From Spirochaetia bacterium (lineage in GTDB: Bacteria > Spirochaetota > Spirochaetia > UBA9216): a DNA stretch of 64,000 nt. The notes under the pieces were generated by a model, which searched no databases, was not told the DNA's origin, and worked only from the letters and a program-made list of their open reading frames with translations. Positions 8,489 to 18,747 of this stretch are shown here, one piece after another; the first letter of the stretch is position 1; every line of letters begins with the position of its first letter. A program made the translations under genes and the position numbers. Where the stretch lies: assembly GCA_963675665.1 (NCBI GenBank), contig OY776510.1, forward strand, positions 704,001 to 768,000, read 5' to 3'.

Positions 8489-10495
8489 ATGGCAAAACAT
8501 CAGCCTGAGAAATATAATCCCGGAGAACTCAACCGAACCAGGTTCAATCTTGGAGAACTTTCGAGAGAAGAAGCGGACAGAATGGCTGAAATTCTGGGGG
8601 GCGAAATCGGTATTGAAAAAACCGATGAAGCCCTTCAGCAGAAATATGAAAAACTGAGAGACACTTCTGTTTCCCGGACTTACAGAAACAAACAGCAGCC
8701 TTCCGCCGGTGTAACTGCTGCACAGGCAAAAAAGCCCGATCGTGAAATCTCCCCTGAATCCGGGCCGAAAAAGAAGATTTCCATATCAGACGGAAAAGCC
8801 TTTACCGGACATTATAAAATAAAAAAAAGACATACAAAAAAAATCGGATATTTTGACAGAATAAAAATAGATCGCATAGCATCAAGACCGGAACACAGGG
8901 TAAAAACAAAAGCGGCGGCTATATCATCATATTTCAGTTTTATAATGAAGAACCGCGATACTATAAACCCCGAGTTTCTCCTGGAAGGAGACAGGTATTA
9001 TTATAAACATATAGAGATTCTTGTTACTTCTTTAAAATCACTCCTGAAACAGGTCAGCCCGGCTGTTTTTAAAACTTATATCAATCCTTTCTACAGAGAC
9101 ATCATAAAAATATTAATCAGCTGGGAACTGAATGAGCTGAACAGCAGTCTTTCTTCATTGCAGAAATCGCCCCACGGAAGAGACGTCGGAGATTGCGAAC
9201 AAATATGCAGACTTATTTACACCCCAATCTTCAAAATGGGGGGAATAGATATTAAATATCTTTTCGCTGCGGCAGACAGGCTTTACAAGGTTCTTCTGGT
9301 GATTTACAGCGAAGATCCTGAAGAGATGGTAAATATAAAAAACAGGTATCTCGATGTACGTGAAAATATCAGGGTTGTTTTCCGTGATGTCGCCTACACC
9401 TGCTATCCGCTGCTGCTTAAACTGACCAGTACAAAATTCTTTTATTTCCGTGAATTTCTAAAACAGAACAGGGACCAGATTGATAAATTTCTGGATATCT
9501 CCCGCGAAAACACTCTTTCCATTCCCGACAGTATTGAAGAACTTGATAAAAAACAGTTTTCACTCAGTCATCTGAAAAAAAAGCTGGAAAAAGAAAAAGA
9601 GGAATGTATTGAAAAAACACGCCAGGAAGAAAACCCCCGCAACGAAGCGGAAATTCTAAAATCGCCGGAGCTTCTGGAAATGCTGTTTCCTGAATCAGAC
9701 TGGAAAAAATACGGGGAATTCCCTGATTTTTATCCATATTTCCAGCCGCTCTATAAATTCCCGAAGGGAACGGAATTGATAGCATCGGAAGACCCGCTGC
9801 AGCAGATAATTGTTCTTGCGGCAATAATTCAGGACCTGTTGTACGGTTTCAGAAGCATAAAGATTCTGTCGGAGCACGGTGAAATTATAAATAAAACAAT
9901 TGATCGATGGCATATGTTCATTGACGAAATGATTCAAAAGAATTATTTGAAACTTATTGTTGAATATTGCAGAAATATAGAAAAAGGAACCGAATATACC
10001 ACCAGTAAATTCGGGCAGAAATTACTTACCGATATATACTGGTTTAAACGGAAGTTCATTTTGCCTTACATGAAATTCAAGGTGTTATACAGATCGGACT
10101 CAATCCCGCTGAAATCTTCGAAATTTCATGAAGAAGTAAAGGGTTTTTATAGAGGGCTGCATGATTTGATGGAAGAATTCGACAACAGCACAAACCGCAA
10201 TTCGGTTATAGAAAACTACGACAGCCCTTTTCATTTTGAGATAAAAAATATTACAAGCTTCAGACTGAAGAAAATTCTGCAGAAAGACAATATCGCGCCG
10301 ACAAACGAAAACCTGATCCGGTACAGTATGATGATTGTGTCCTTTCTGGATTTTCTTCTTAACAGCTGCAACAGCCCGTATTACACCCTTCCGACGGAAG
10401 AAATACCTGTGTACAGATATGATCCTGTTTATCAGGGAAAGCCCCGTTATTCGGTTCCGCTGACAGATACCGAAACCCTTTTGAAAAAGTATTAA
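8489..10495 (+). CDS. Hypothetical cytoplasmic protein, 668 aa
   Basis: Long ORF with GGGGAG RBS; no motif recognised. Confidence 0.75.
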   Translation: MAKHQPEKYNPGELNRTRFNLGELSREEADRMAEILGGEIGIEKTDEALQQKYEKLRDTSVSRTYRNKQQPSAGVTAAQAKKPDREISPESGPKKKISISDGKAFTGHYKIKKRHTKKIGYFDRIKIDRIASRPEHRVKTKAAAISSYFSFIMKNRDTINPEFLLEGDRYYYKHIEILVTSLKSLLKQVSPAVFKTYINPFYRDIIKILISWELNELNSSLSSLQKSPHGRDVGDCEQICRLIYTPIFKMGGIDIKYLFAAADRLYKVLLVIYSEDPEEMVNIKNRYLDVRENIRVVFRDVAYTCYPLLLKLTSTKFFYFREFLKQNRDQIDKFLDISRENTLSIPDSIEELDKKQFSLSHLKKKLEKEKEECIEKTRQEENPRNEAEILKSPELLEMLFPESDWKKYGEFPDFYPYFQPLYKFPKGTELIASEDPLQQIIVLAAIIQDLLYGFRSIKILSEHGEIINKTIDRWHMFIDEMIQKNYLKLIVEYCRNIEKGTEYTTSKFGQKLLTDIYWFKRKFILPYMKFKVLYRSDSIPLKSSKFHEEVKGFYRGLHDLMEEFDNSTNRNSVIENYDSPFHFEIKNITSFRLKKILQKDNIAPTNENLIRYSMMIVSFLDFLLNSCNSPYYTLPTEEIPVYRYDPVYQGKPRYSVPLTDTETLLKKY

Positions 10496-10595
10496 TTAAC
10501 CCTGACAAACACATGGTCCTGTGACTTTTCCGATTAAAATTTGTATGATACACTTACGGTATATCATAAATCGTATATTACAGAGAGGGGAACAA

Positions 10596-11459
10596 ATGAA
10601 AGAATATCTTGATCTCGTTGATTATGTACTTAAAAACGGCGAATTGAAAAAGAACCGAACCGGCACTGATACGCTGAGCTGTTTTGCCTATTTTTACAAA
10701 ATCAGTCTTGCTGAAGGATACCCTCTTCTGACTACCAAAAAAATTCTGTTCAGCTCCATGCTTTATGAACTTTTCTGGTATCTTTCCGGTGATGAACATA
10801 TAAGGGAACTGAGAAAACATACAAAGATATGGGACGCATGGGCTGACGAAGAAGGCCGGCTTGAAACAGCATACGGCCGTTTCTGGAGGCGCTTTCCGGT
10901 CCCGGAAAACGGGCTTCCGGGTGAAAACTGGGGAACAAAATGGGTCCATCGGGACGAATCTTCCGGCAGCCTTGTTTTTGACCAGATAAGTTACATTATA
11001 GACACCCTTAAGGAAATCAGGAAAAACCCGGAAACCCCAAACCTGAGACGAATGATAGTTTCGGCATGGCATCCGGGGAATGCCGCCGAAAGCAAACTGC
11101 CGCCCTGCCATTATACATTCTGTTTTAACGTAACCGGCAACAAACTCAACTGTCACCTCACTCAGCGCTCAGCCGACATTGCACTTGGAGTTCCTTTCAA
11201 CATTGCCTGTTACAGTCTGCTGACCTTTTTGCTGGCCCGGGAAACAGGCTTTGAAGCCGGTGAATTCGCACATACACTAATCGACGCACATATATATGTG
11301 GACCATATTGACGGACTGAAAACCCAGTTGCAAAGAACACCGGCCGCGCGGCCTAGACTGGTAATTGCCGACAAACCGCTGCTTGAAATGACTTTTGAAG
11401 ACATAAAGCTCGAAGGTTATAACCCTCAGCCGTTTATTAAATTCCCGGTAGCTGTATAA
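10596..11459 (+). CDS. thyA: Thymidylate synthase
   Basis: RTGT, PLLTTKK, IWDAWADE, LPPCH, QRSADIALGVPFN, HIY; start MKEYL behind GAGGGG. Confidence 0.96.
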   Translation: MKEYLDLVDYVLKNGELKKNRTGTDTLSCFAYFYKISLAEGYPLLTTKKILFSSMLYELFWYLSGDEHIRELRKHTKIWDAWADEEGRLETAYGRFWRRFPVPENGLPGENWGTKWVHRDESSGSLVFDQISYIIDTLKEIRKNPETPNLRRMIVSAWHPGNAAESKLPPCHYTFCFNVTGNKLNCHLTQRSADIALGVPFNIACYSLLTFLLARETGFEAGEFAHTLIDAHIYVDHIDGLKTQLQRTPAARPRLVIADKPLLEMTFEDIKLEGYNPQPFIKFPVAV

Positions 11460-11460
11460 A

Positions 11461-12717
11461 GTGATCATGTTCATTCTGACAGCAGTTTCATGTACTGCTG
11501 CAATTTCAACAGCCGTTTTGCATTTTAAATATATCCGCAAGAAAAAGAACATTGAAACAATACGATCCAGGGTCAATCACGATCTTCGTTCTCCGCTGAA
11601 CGCAATTCTTGGTTTTTCGGACCTGCTTCTGCAGGGAGAGAAAAACCAGGAAAAGATTAAATTTTTAAACGCGATCAAGTCGGGCGGAGAATCTCTTCTT
11701 TCGACTATTGAAGATCTTGCAGTGAAAATTCACAACAACCATCCTCCGGACAACAAGCAAATGCCGACGCTTAACCGTATAAATTCAGAACTCAGATTTT
11801 CAGACAGTCTTGAAAATTCATCAGAACCGCTGATTATGATCGTCGACGACATAGTTGAGAATATAATCTTCCTGGAAAAGATTCTTCAAAAATCCGGGTT
11901 CAGAACCATATCGGCATTAAGCGGAGACGCTGCGCTTGATCTTCTGACCGAATATACTCCCGACCTTATTCTTCTAGACATCGTAATGCCGGAAATGAAC
12001 GGGTTTGAAACATGCTCAAGAATTCAGAGCAACAAGGATTTTATCGATATTCCGGTTATTTTTCTCAGCGCCCAAAAAGATGAAAAAACAATTATAGAAA
12101 GTTTTATTTACGGCGGAATCGACTATGTCGTAAAACCGTTCAACAGCCCGGAACTTCTTGCAAGGGTCAACACTCATCTGCAGCTGAAAATAGCGAAGGA
12201 AGAACTTCATAAACTGGCATTTTCCGATTCGCTTACCGGACTGTTCAACAGGAGAAAATTTATAGAAACCCTGGACCAGGAGAGAGCAAGGGCATCACGT
12301 TACAATGAAAAACTTTCATTTATTATGGCGGATATCGATCATTTTAAAAAAGTAAACGACACGTACGGTCATGATATCGGGGACAAAGCCCTTATAAGAT
12401 TTGCCGGAATTCTTAAAAGCAGCCTTAGAGAGACCGATTCCGCCGGCAGACTCGGGGGCGAGGAGTTCGGAATAATTCTGCCCCAGACCGACATCAAGCA
12501 GGCTGAAATAGTGGCCGAGCGTATCCGTTCCAGGGTTGAAAAGGAATCAGGGTCGGAAATAGAAGGCATCCCTTTCTGTACCGCCAGTTTCGGCATTGCC
12601 CAGTTTCATGAGAAGCGTGACAGCTCTTCCATGCTTACACAGGACGCAGACAAAGCTCTTTATATGGCAAAAACAAACGGACGCAACAGAATCTGCAAGT
12701 CCGGCGAGGCAGAATAA
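11461..12717 (+). CDS. TM-HisKA-REC-GGDEF diguanylate cyclase
   Basis: H-box HDLRSPLNAILGF; intact REC (VDD, LLDIVMP, KPF); RETD I-site; GGEEF. Confidence 0.9.
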   Translation: MIMFILTAVSCTAAISTAVLHFKYIRKKKNIETIRSRVNHDLRSPLNAILGFSDLLLQGEKNQEKIKFLNAIKSGGESLLSTIEDLAVKIHNNHPPDNKQMPTLNRINSELRFSDSLENSSEPLIMIVDDIVENIIFLEKILQKSGFRTISALSGDAALDLLTEYTPDLILLDIVMPEMNGFETCSRIQSNKDFIDIPVIFLSAQKDEKTIIESFIYGGIDYVVKPFNSPELLARVNTHLQLKIAKEELHKLAFSDSLTGLFNRRKFIETLDQERARASRYNEKLSFIMADIDHFKKVNDTYGHDIGDKALIRFAGILKSSLRETDSAGRLGGEEFGIILPQTDIKQAEIVAERIRSRVEKESGSEIEGIPFCTASFGIAQFHEKRDSSSMLTQDADKALYMAKTNGRNRICKSGEAE

Positions 12718-12718
12718 C

Positions 12719-13222
12719 ATGATTTCATACAACATTATTGCGGCTGTATCGGACAACCTTGCCATCGGAAAGGGCAATAAAATGCCCTGGCATCTTCCTG
12801 AAGATTTAAGCCTCTTCAAACGCCTGACAATCGGAAATATAATAATCATGGGAAGAAAGACTTATGAATCCATCGGAAAGCCTCTTCCCGGAAGAGAGAC
12901 TTTTGTAGTTACCGGGTCTCCGGAGGCTTTTCTCAGCGATAAACCGTATGAAAACCTGTCGGCCTTTAATTCACTTCAAACCGCAATTGATCAGGCAGAA
13001 AAACAGAGGACAGCTGTTCCGAAAGGGATATTTATAGCCGGAGGGGCCAGCATATATGCACAGGCACTCGACGGAGCCTCGAGACTTTACCTTTCAAGGG
13101 TAAGCGGAGAATTTGAAGCAGACACTTTTTTCCCGGAATTCAGAACGGAAAACTGGCAGCTTGAATCAACAGAGCAATTTGAAACGTTCAGACTTGAGAT
13201 ATGGGAAAATACCCGGCTCTGA
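12719..13222 (+). CDS. folA: Dihydrofolate reductase
   Basis: IG..NKMPWHLPEDL, MGRKTYESIGKPLPGR, AGGASIY, DTFFP; start ATG 12719. Confidence 0.95.
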   Translation: MISYNIIAAVSDNLAIGKGNKMPWHLPEDLSLFKRLTIGNIIIMGRKTYESIGKPLPGRETFVVTGSPEAFLSDKPYENLSAFNSLQTAIDQAEKQRTAVPKGIFIAGGASIYAQALDGASRLYLSRVSGEFEADTFFPEFRTENWQLESTEQFETFRLEIWENTRL

Positions 13223-13230
13223 TCTCATAA

Positions 13231-13827
13231 TTAATCAGAAAAGACAATTTCTGCCCGGCCGGAACTTGCATCTGCCACAGCCTCAGACAGGGATTCCGCT
13301 TTTCCCTCCGGTACAAGTCCGGAAATATCCACACCGGTACCGAAGGCTTCATCTTCTATCATGCAGCAGTGTTCAAGAATTATCGTCTTCAGCGGCTGAT
13401 AAAAATGATAATCGGCCGAAACAGAAAAAGACCGGTATTTAACAAGTTCGGTAACAGCCAGCCTGTCCAGGGCCCCGGCCGCAGATTCCGAATAGGCTTT
13501 TACCAGTCCGCCGGTACCGAGTTTTGTCCCTCCGAAGTAACGAACGATTGTTAACATTATATTTGTTATGCCGCGGCCCTTGAGTACTTCCAGAGCCGGT
13601 TTTCCCGAGGTTCCCGAAGGTTCGCCGTCGTCGCTCATTCCCATATACTGGCGTTGGTCCCCGGTTATAAATGCGTGCACAACATGGGAGGCATCCGGAT
13701 GTTCCAGGCGTTTGCTCTTCAACAGCTCCCGGGCAGCCTCCGGCGAGTTAACCGGCTGCGTCTCCGCAATAAAGTGCGATTTTTTTATTATCAGTTCGAA
13801 TAATGAAGTACCGTCGGGTATCAGCAT
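13231..13827 (-). CDS. yigZ: YigZ/IMPACT family protein
   Basis: IKKSHF, SDDGEPSGTSG, VRYFGGTKLGTGGLVKAY. Confidence 0.93.
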   Translation of the reverse strand: MLIPDGTSLFELIIKKSHFIAETQPVNSPEAARELLKSKRLEHPDASHVVHAFITGDQRQYMGMSDDGEPSGTSGKPALEVLKGRGITNIMLTIVRYFGGTKLGTGGLVKAYSESAAGALDRLAVTELVKYRSFSVSADYHFYQPLKTIILEHCCMIEDEAFGTGVDISGLVPEGKAESLSEAVADASSGRAEIVFSD

Positions 13828-13893
13828 ACCGGTATTTTAACTTAATTATCCCCCCATTGTCGAGGAACTGCATTAAGGATATAGTTTTACACA

Positions 13894-15588
13894 ATGACCA
13901 AAAGATATTATATTTTGATCGCATTCATTCTCAGTCTTGTTTCACTGGTTTTGAATCCTGCCGAGAGGGGCCGGGGCATGCTTCTGGCGGCCCGGATATC
14001 GGACATTCTGATTCTGCTGCTTCTGGGAGGACAGTTGATTTCGGGCTTCAGGGCAGCCCAGTACAGGCGGCAGTGGGTTATCAGAAATATTACGCTCACA
14101 GCGGCAACACTGCTGTATGCCGGGGTGCTTGCATTTCTTTTATCCTCGGATATTTCTTCCGAACGGCACCTGTATCTTAACCTGATCGTCTATATAGCCC
14201 GAAGCTTTTACCTGCTTTACCGAAGTTTTGAAAACGTTAAATCACTTGAGGACGCTCTCAGAAAATTCAATGAAAGACCGGCTCGCTCCATAATCCTTAC
14301 ATTTCTTGCAATCGCAAGCGCCGGAACTCTTCTTCTTATGCTTCCGTTCACTACCGCAGACGGAAAGGGACTAGCGTTTATTGACTCGCTGTTCACGTCA
14401 ACCTCGGCCGTATGCGTTACCGGGTTGATTGTTGTGGACACAGCAACGGTTTTCAGTACAGCGGGAAAGGTTATTATTCTGGCGCTTGTACAGACCGGCG
14501 GTCTGGGAATAATGATTGTCACCTATTTCTCGATGTTTTTTCTCAGGCGGCGCATCACAATCGAAGAAAAAAAGCGGCTGTCGTTCGTAATCAGCGACAA
14601 TGATATGACCGGAATCGTCAGCATGCTGAAAAAAATTATCTACCTGACTTTTATCATAGAGGGAACAGGAGCCGTTCTTCTTTTTACAGGTTTCGGCAGG
14701 CATTACGGGTATTCTCTGCAGACCGTTTTTCTCTCGGTATTTCATTCCGTTTCCGCATTCTGCAACGCAGGCTTTTCTCTTTTTTCAGACAGTCTTGAAG
14801 GTTTTATCGACAAGCCGTTGATTATTTTTACGGTCAGTATCCTGATTATCCTCGGCGGACTCAGTTTTGCGGTCATTTTCAATATTAAAGATGTTCTGGA
14901 TCCGCGATCCGGAACATTTAAATTAAGTCTGAATACAAAAGTAGTTCTAAGCTGGACAGCCGTGCTGCTTGCCGGAGGTTTTATTTTTTTCTATTCCGCG
15001 GAACATTCAAACTGTCTCAGAAGCAGCAGTACTCCCGTTCAGTACCTGTCGGCCTTTTTTCAATCGGTTACCCTGCGCACCGCCGGGTTCAATTCCGTAC
15101 CCTTTTCCGCACTGCAAAACGGAACATTAACGGTAATGTGTCTTTTCATGTTTGTCGGAGCAGCCTCAGGAAGCACTGCGGGGGGAATAAAGATAAATAC
15201 ACTTGCCGTGATTACCGCATATCTGAAAAGCATGGTAACCAATTCGCCGAAGGTAACAATCCTTCATTACCAGCTGTCAAAAACGAGAATTCTCAGGGCT
15301 TTCACCGTTTTCACGTACGGCATCACGGCAGTTTTAACCGGCATTGCCGCGCTTGCCCTTACACATACCGAGCCTCTTGTTAACATCCTTTTTGAGGCTG
15401 TTTCGGCATTCGGCACCGTCGGCCTGTCGACGGGTTTCACTTCACGGTTGAACAGCTTTGGAAAGCTCGTCATAATATGTCTTATGTTTAACGGAAGACT
15501 CGGACCGCTGACGATACTTTCCACCTTCTCCGGCAAACGGGAAAAATCAGGCGTTGAATACCCGCAGGGTGATATTTTGATAGGATGA
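13894..15588 (+). CDS. ktrB: Trk/Ktr potassium uptake membrane subunit with N-terminal TM extension
   Basis: Four P-loops: SAVCVTGL, SAFCNAGF, RTAGF, SAFGTVGLS; STAGGIK. Confidence 0.9.
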   Translation: MTKRYYILIAFILSLVSLVLNPAERGRGMLLAARISDILILLLLGGQLISGFRAAQYRRQWVIRNITLTAATLLYAGVLAFLLSSDISSERHLYLNLIVYIARSFYLLYRSFENVKSLEDALRKFNERPARSIILTFLAIASAGTLLLMLPFTTADGKGLAFIDSLFTSTSAVCVTGLIVVDTATVFSTAGKVIILALVQTGGLGIMIVTYFSMFFLRRRITIEEKKRLSFVISDNDMTGIVSMLKKIIYLTFIIEGTGAVLLFTGFGRHYGYSLQTVFLSVFHSVSAFCNAGFSLFSDSLEGFIDKPLIIFTVSILIILGGLSFAVIFNIKDVLDPRSGTFKLSLNTKVVLSWTAVLLAGGFIFFYSAEHSNCLRSSSTPVQYLSAFFQSVTLRTAGFNSVPFSALQNGTLTVMCLFMFVGAASGSTAGGIKINTLAVITAYLKSMVTNSPKVTILHYQLSKTRILRAFTVFTYGITAVLTGIAALALTHTEPLVNILFEAVSAFGTVGLSTGFTSRLNSFGKLVIICLMFNGRLGPLTILSTFSGKREKSGVEYPQGDILIG

Positions 15589-16283
15589 GGACAATGAATG
15601 AAAATATTTTTCTGGTAATCGGACTCGGCTCATTCGGCATGCAGACATGCGAGGAACTTGCCGCAAAAGGCGCAAGAGTAATCGCTGTAGACAACAGGCC
15701 TGAATTGATTGAAAAAATAAAAGACACTGTCACACAGGCATTTCTGCTTGATTCAACCGACGAACTTCATCTTTCAAATCTTCCGATAGAAGATGTTGAT
15801 ATGGCTATAATTGCAATAGGCGACAATATTGAAGCAAATATCCTTACTACCGCGCTGTTAAAACAGGCCGGAGTTCCGTACATCATTGCCCGCGCGTCTA
15901 CCGAGCTTCACCACAGGGTGCTGAAACAGGTTGGAGCCAACGAAATTCTTGATATAGAAAAGACTGCCGGAAAACAATTGGCGGAAAAGATTATATCTCC
16001 CGATATTCTCGACAGTGTCCCGATTACCATGGAAATAAGCATAGCCGAGGTATACCTTCCGGAGTCATTCGCCGGGCAGAATCTTGCCGATATTGATTTG
16101 CCCGGAAAAATGAGCCTGACTGTCAGCGCAGTAAAAAGGGCCAGAATTTCAATTGACGAAGAAGGTTCTCCCGTATCAAATGAACAGGTTGTGTTCCCTT
16201 CGTCAGAGACAGTGCTGGAACACGGAGATATTTTAATTGTAATTGGCCGTAATGACGATATAGAACGTCTGAAAGGAATCTGA
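15585..16283 (+). CDS. ktrA: KtrA/TrkA RCK regulatory subunit
   Basis: GLGSFG Rossmann motif, IIARA, RCK-C domain; ATGA overlap with ktrB. Confidence 0.9.
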   Translation: MRTMNENIFLVIGLGSFGMQTCEELAAKGARVIAVDNRPELIEKIKDTVTQAFLLDSTDELHLSNLPIEDVDMAIIAIGDNIEANILTTALLKQAGVPYIIARASTELHHRVLKQVGANEILDIEKTAGKQLAEKIISPDILDSVPITMEISIAEVYLPESFAGQNLADIDLPGKMSLTVSAVKRARISIDEEGSPVSNEQVVFPSSETVLEHGDILIVIGRNDDIERLKGI

Positions 16284-16285
16284 AT

Positions 16286-16981
16286 ATGCTTCTAATCAGA
16301 AAAAGAATTATTATCATTCTGATGCTGATAACCACCGTTTCGATCATCCTGATTGCAGCAATGTCATACAACCGAATAATCGGCGCATATACTCAAAGCC
16401 CTGAAGATCTGAAATTTGAAGCTGAGCAATTTTTATTTATTAGTCTGCTTGTTGCCGCGGCAGTTCTCGGCTTTTTTACAGTCCTTCTGTATAAAAGCAG
16501 AAATATAAACGCGGAAATTGATAAACTGATAAAACAGGATAAACTTAACCCGGCCTCAACCGAAGCCGGTCTTCTGAAACTGGGAAAAACAGGAATAAAA
16601 CTTAACACTCTGTATAGACAAATAAACGAAATAAGCGATATGCGCGGACTTAAACTTGGCGCCGTTTCAAATGTCGCTGAATTTCTTTCGCTGAATATAC
16701 CGCAGCCTCTGCTGATAATTGATCTGAAAGGAACTGTCATTCAGGCAAGCAGCGGATATCTCAGGGAAAAGAATGTTCAGCGGTCCTCCGTTGTCGGCCG
16801 CAACATAAGCTCGCTTCTGAAAAGCATTAATATGAAAGCGGTCCTTTCCGTTCTGGAAAAAAACCATCTGCCGGCGGAAATTGATTTAAACGGAACCGGC
16901 TACCGCTGGAGTCCTCTTCACAACACAAACAACGAAATCAGCTATATAGCCGTTATTCAGATTTCTCAACCCTCGAACTGA
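16286..16981 (+). CDS. Two-TM membrane protein with C-terminal PAS-like domain
   Basis: Two hydrophobic segments; NIPQPLLIIDLKGTVIQAS...VVGRNISSLL PAS pattern. Confidence 0.65.
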   Translation: MLLIRKRIIIILMLITTVSIILIAAMSYNRIIGAYTQSPEDLKFEAEQFLFISLLVAAAVLGFFTVLLYKSRNINAEIDKLIKQDKLNPASTEAGLLKLGKTGIKLNTLYRQINEISDMRGLKLGAVSNVAEFLSLNIPQPLLIIDLKGTVIQASSGYLREKNVQRSSVVGRNISSLLKSINMKAVLSVLEKNHLPAEIDLNGTGYRWSPLHNTNNEISYIAVIQISQPSN

Positions 16982-18747
16982 AGGGTATAAAGGCTGCTGT
17001 AAAAGCCGTCCGCCGCCATCAGCTCTTCATGGGTGCCGCGCTCAATAATCCGGCCGGATCCCAGTACAAGAATTTTGTCCGCATCACGTATTGTAGACAA
17101 TCGGTGCGCTATTACAATTGCAGTACGGTCCTGCAGAAGATTTTTCAGACCGGCCTGAATGAGCTTCTCGGTTTCGGTATCAATACTTGCGGTGGCCTCG
17201 TCAAGAATCAGTACCGGAGGATCATGCGCTATCACGCGCGCAAACGCAATCAGCTGACGCTGCCCGCCCGACAGGTTCGCACCGCCCTCGGCAAGTATGT
17301 AATCAAGCCCCTTTTCGCCAGTGCCGGCAACCTTGTCCAGTACCGGCTTCAGCATTGCGGTTTCGGCGGCAGCAAGCAATTCGCTGTCGGTAAAATCACG
17401 CCCGAGGGCGATATTATCGCGGATTGTGCCCGAGAAAAGGAAAACATCCTGCTGTACAGCCTGTACTGTACGCCTGAGTTCCGCCAGAGGCAGCCGCCTT
17501 ACATCCCGTCCGTCAATCCGGATACAGCCGCTGTCGGCATCCCAGAAACGGGCGGCCAGATTGGCTACCGTTGTTTTTCCTGAACCTGTATAACCGACGA
17601 TGGCGACAGTTTCACCCCTTTTTACAGTGAGGTTTACCCCTTTCAAAACAGGTTCGCCTTCCTTGTATGAAAAATGTACATTCTCAAATTCGACGGCGCT
17701 CTCACTGTCGCCGCAAAATTCTCCGGATTGTTCTCCTTCAGAGGCATAATCATAAATACGTTCTTCGGTATCCAGCAGTTCAAACACACGTTCTCCGCCG
17801 GCCATCGCCGACTGCATTATAGTAAACTGCTCGGATATTTGCTGAAGCGGGCGGTAAAATTTTCTGACAAGATCAAGAAAAGCTATCAGCACGCCCAGAC
17901 TTACTGAACCGCCCGCGCTCAGCCCGGCGCCGAAATACAGAACGACCGCAAGCGAAACCGTACTGAAAAGGCTGATCAGCGGCCTGAATATTGCAAAAAC
18001 GTACATTTCCGAGTAATCGGCGGCGAGCAGGCTGTTATTCCGTTTTATAAACTGTGCGTCGGTCTGCACTTCACGGGCAAAGGCCTGAACAACCTTCATG
18101 CCCGATATCCTTTCGGACAAAAATGCATTGACTGCCGATATTTGCTCTCTGACGCGTCTGTAAGCGTTTCTGGCGCGTTTTCTGAATATAAGTGTAATTA
18201 CCAGAACCGGAGGCAGAGAAAACACCGTTAGAGCCCCCAATTTGAAATCAAGGTAAAAAAGCACGGCAATTACCCCAATCATCACAAGAAAGTTCTTTAT
18301 CAGCGTCATTATTACCGATGAAAAAAACTCGCTGATAGTTTCCACATCATTTGTTATCCGCGAAACCAGGCTGCCTATCGGTCTGCTTCCCAGAAATGCA
18401 AGCGACTGTCCGGCGGTATGTTCCAGAAGCTCAACCCGAAGATGCTTCATAATTCCCTGGCCGGCAAGCGACATCAGGTAAACCTGAACAAATGACGCGG
18501 CAAGTCCTGCAACAAGCAAAATTAGAATATACAGACAGTCGCGCATCAGTCCCGCAACCGAAGGGACATCCGAAAGCAGATGGTTGTCAATGCTGTTCTG
18601 AATTACCACCGGCACAAAAAGTTCTGACAGGATAAGAACAACCAGGGCCGCCGCCGAAACAATGACATACGTCCTGTACGGTTTCAGGTATGCAATGAGA
18701 CGCTTCATAATTACAGGGTCCCAGGTCCGGAGTATCTTATCTGCCAT
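16966..18747 (-). CDS. ABC exporter, fused TMD-NBD (MdlB/YheH-like half)
   Basis: GYTGSGKT, LSGGQRQ, LDEATA, IAHRLST; start MADKIL overlapping the partner gene. Confidence 0.92.
   Translation of the reverse strand: MADKILRTWDPVIMKRLIAYLKPYRTYVIVSAAALVVLILSELFVPVVIQNSIDNHLLSDVPSVAGLMRDCLYILILLVAGLAASFVQVYLMSLAGQGIMKHLRVELLEHTAGQSLAFLGSRPIGSLVSRITNDVETISEFFSSVIMTLIKNFLVMIGVIAVLFYLDFKLGALTVFSLPPVLVITLIFRKRARNAYRRVREQISAVNAFLSERISGMKVVQAFAREVQTDAQFIKRNNSLLAADYSEMYVFAIFRPLISLFSTVSLAVVLYFGAGLSAGGSVSLGVLIAFLDLVRKFYRPLQQISEQFTIMQSAMAGGERVFELLDTEERIYDYASEGEQSGEFCGDSESAVEFENVHFSYKEGEPVLKGVNLTVKRGETVAIVGYTGSGKTTVANLAARFWDADSGCIRIDGRDVRRLPLAELRRTVQAVQQDVFLFSGTIRDNIALGRDFTDSELLAAAETAMLKPVLDKVAGTGEKGLDYILAEGGANLSGGQRQLIAFARVIAHDPPVLILDEATASIDTETEKLIQAGLKNLLQDRTAIVIAHRLSTIRDADKILVLGSGRIIERGTHEELMAADGFYSSLYTLQFEG

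Noticed and set aside
16966-16981. Convergent 3' overlaps (also 25471-25474, 32739-32742, 53775-53785)
   Set aside because: Ordinary for a compact genome; no further signal
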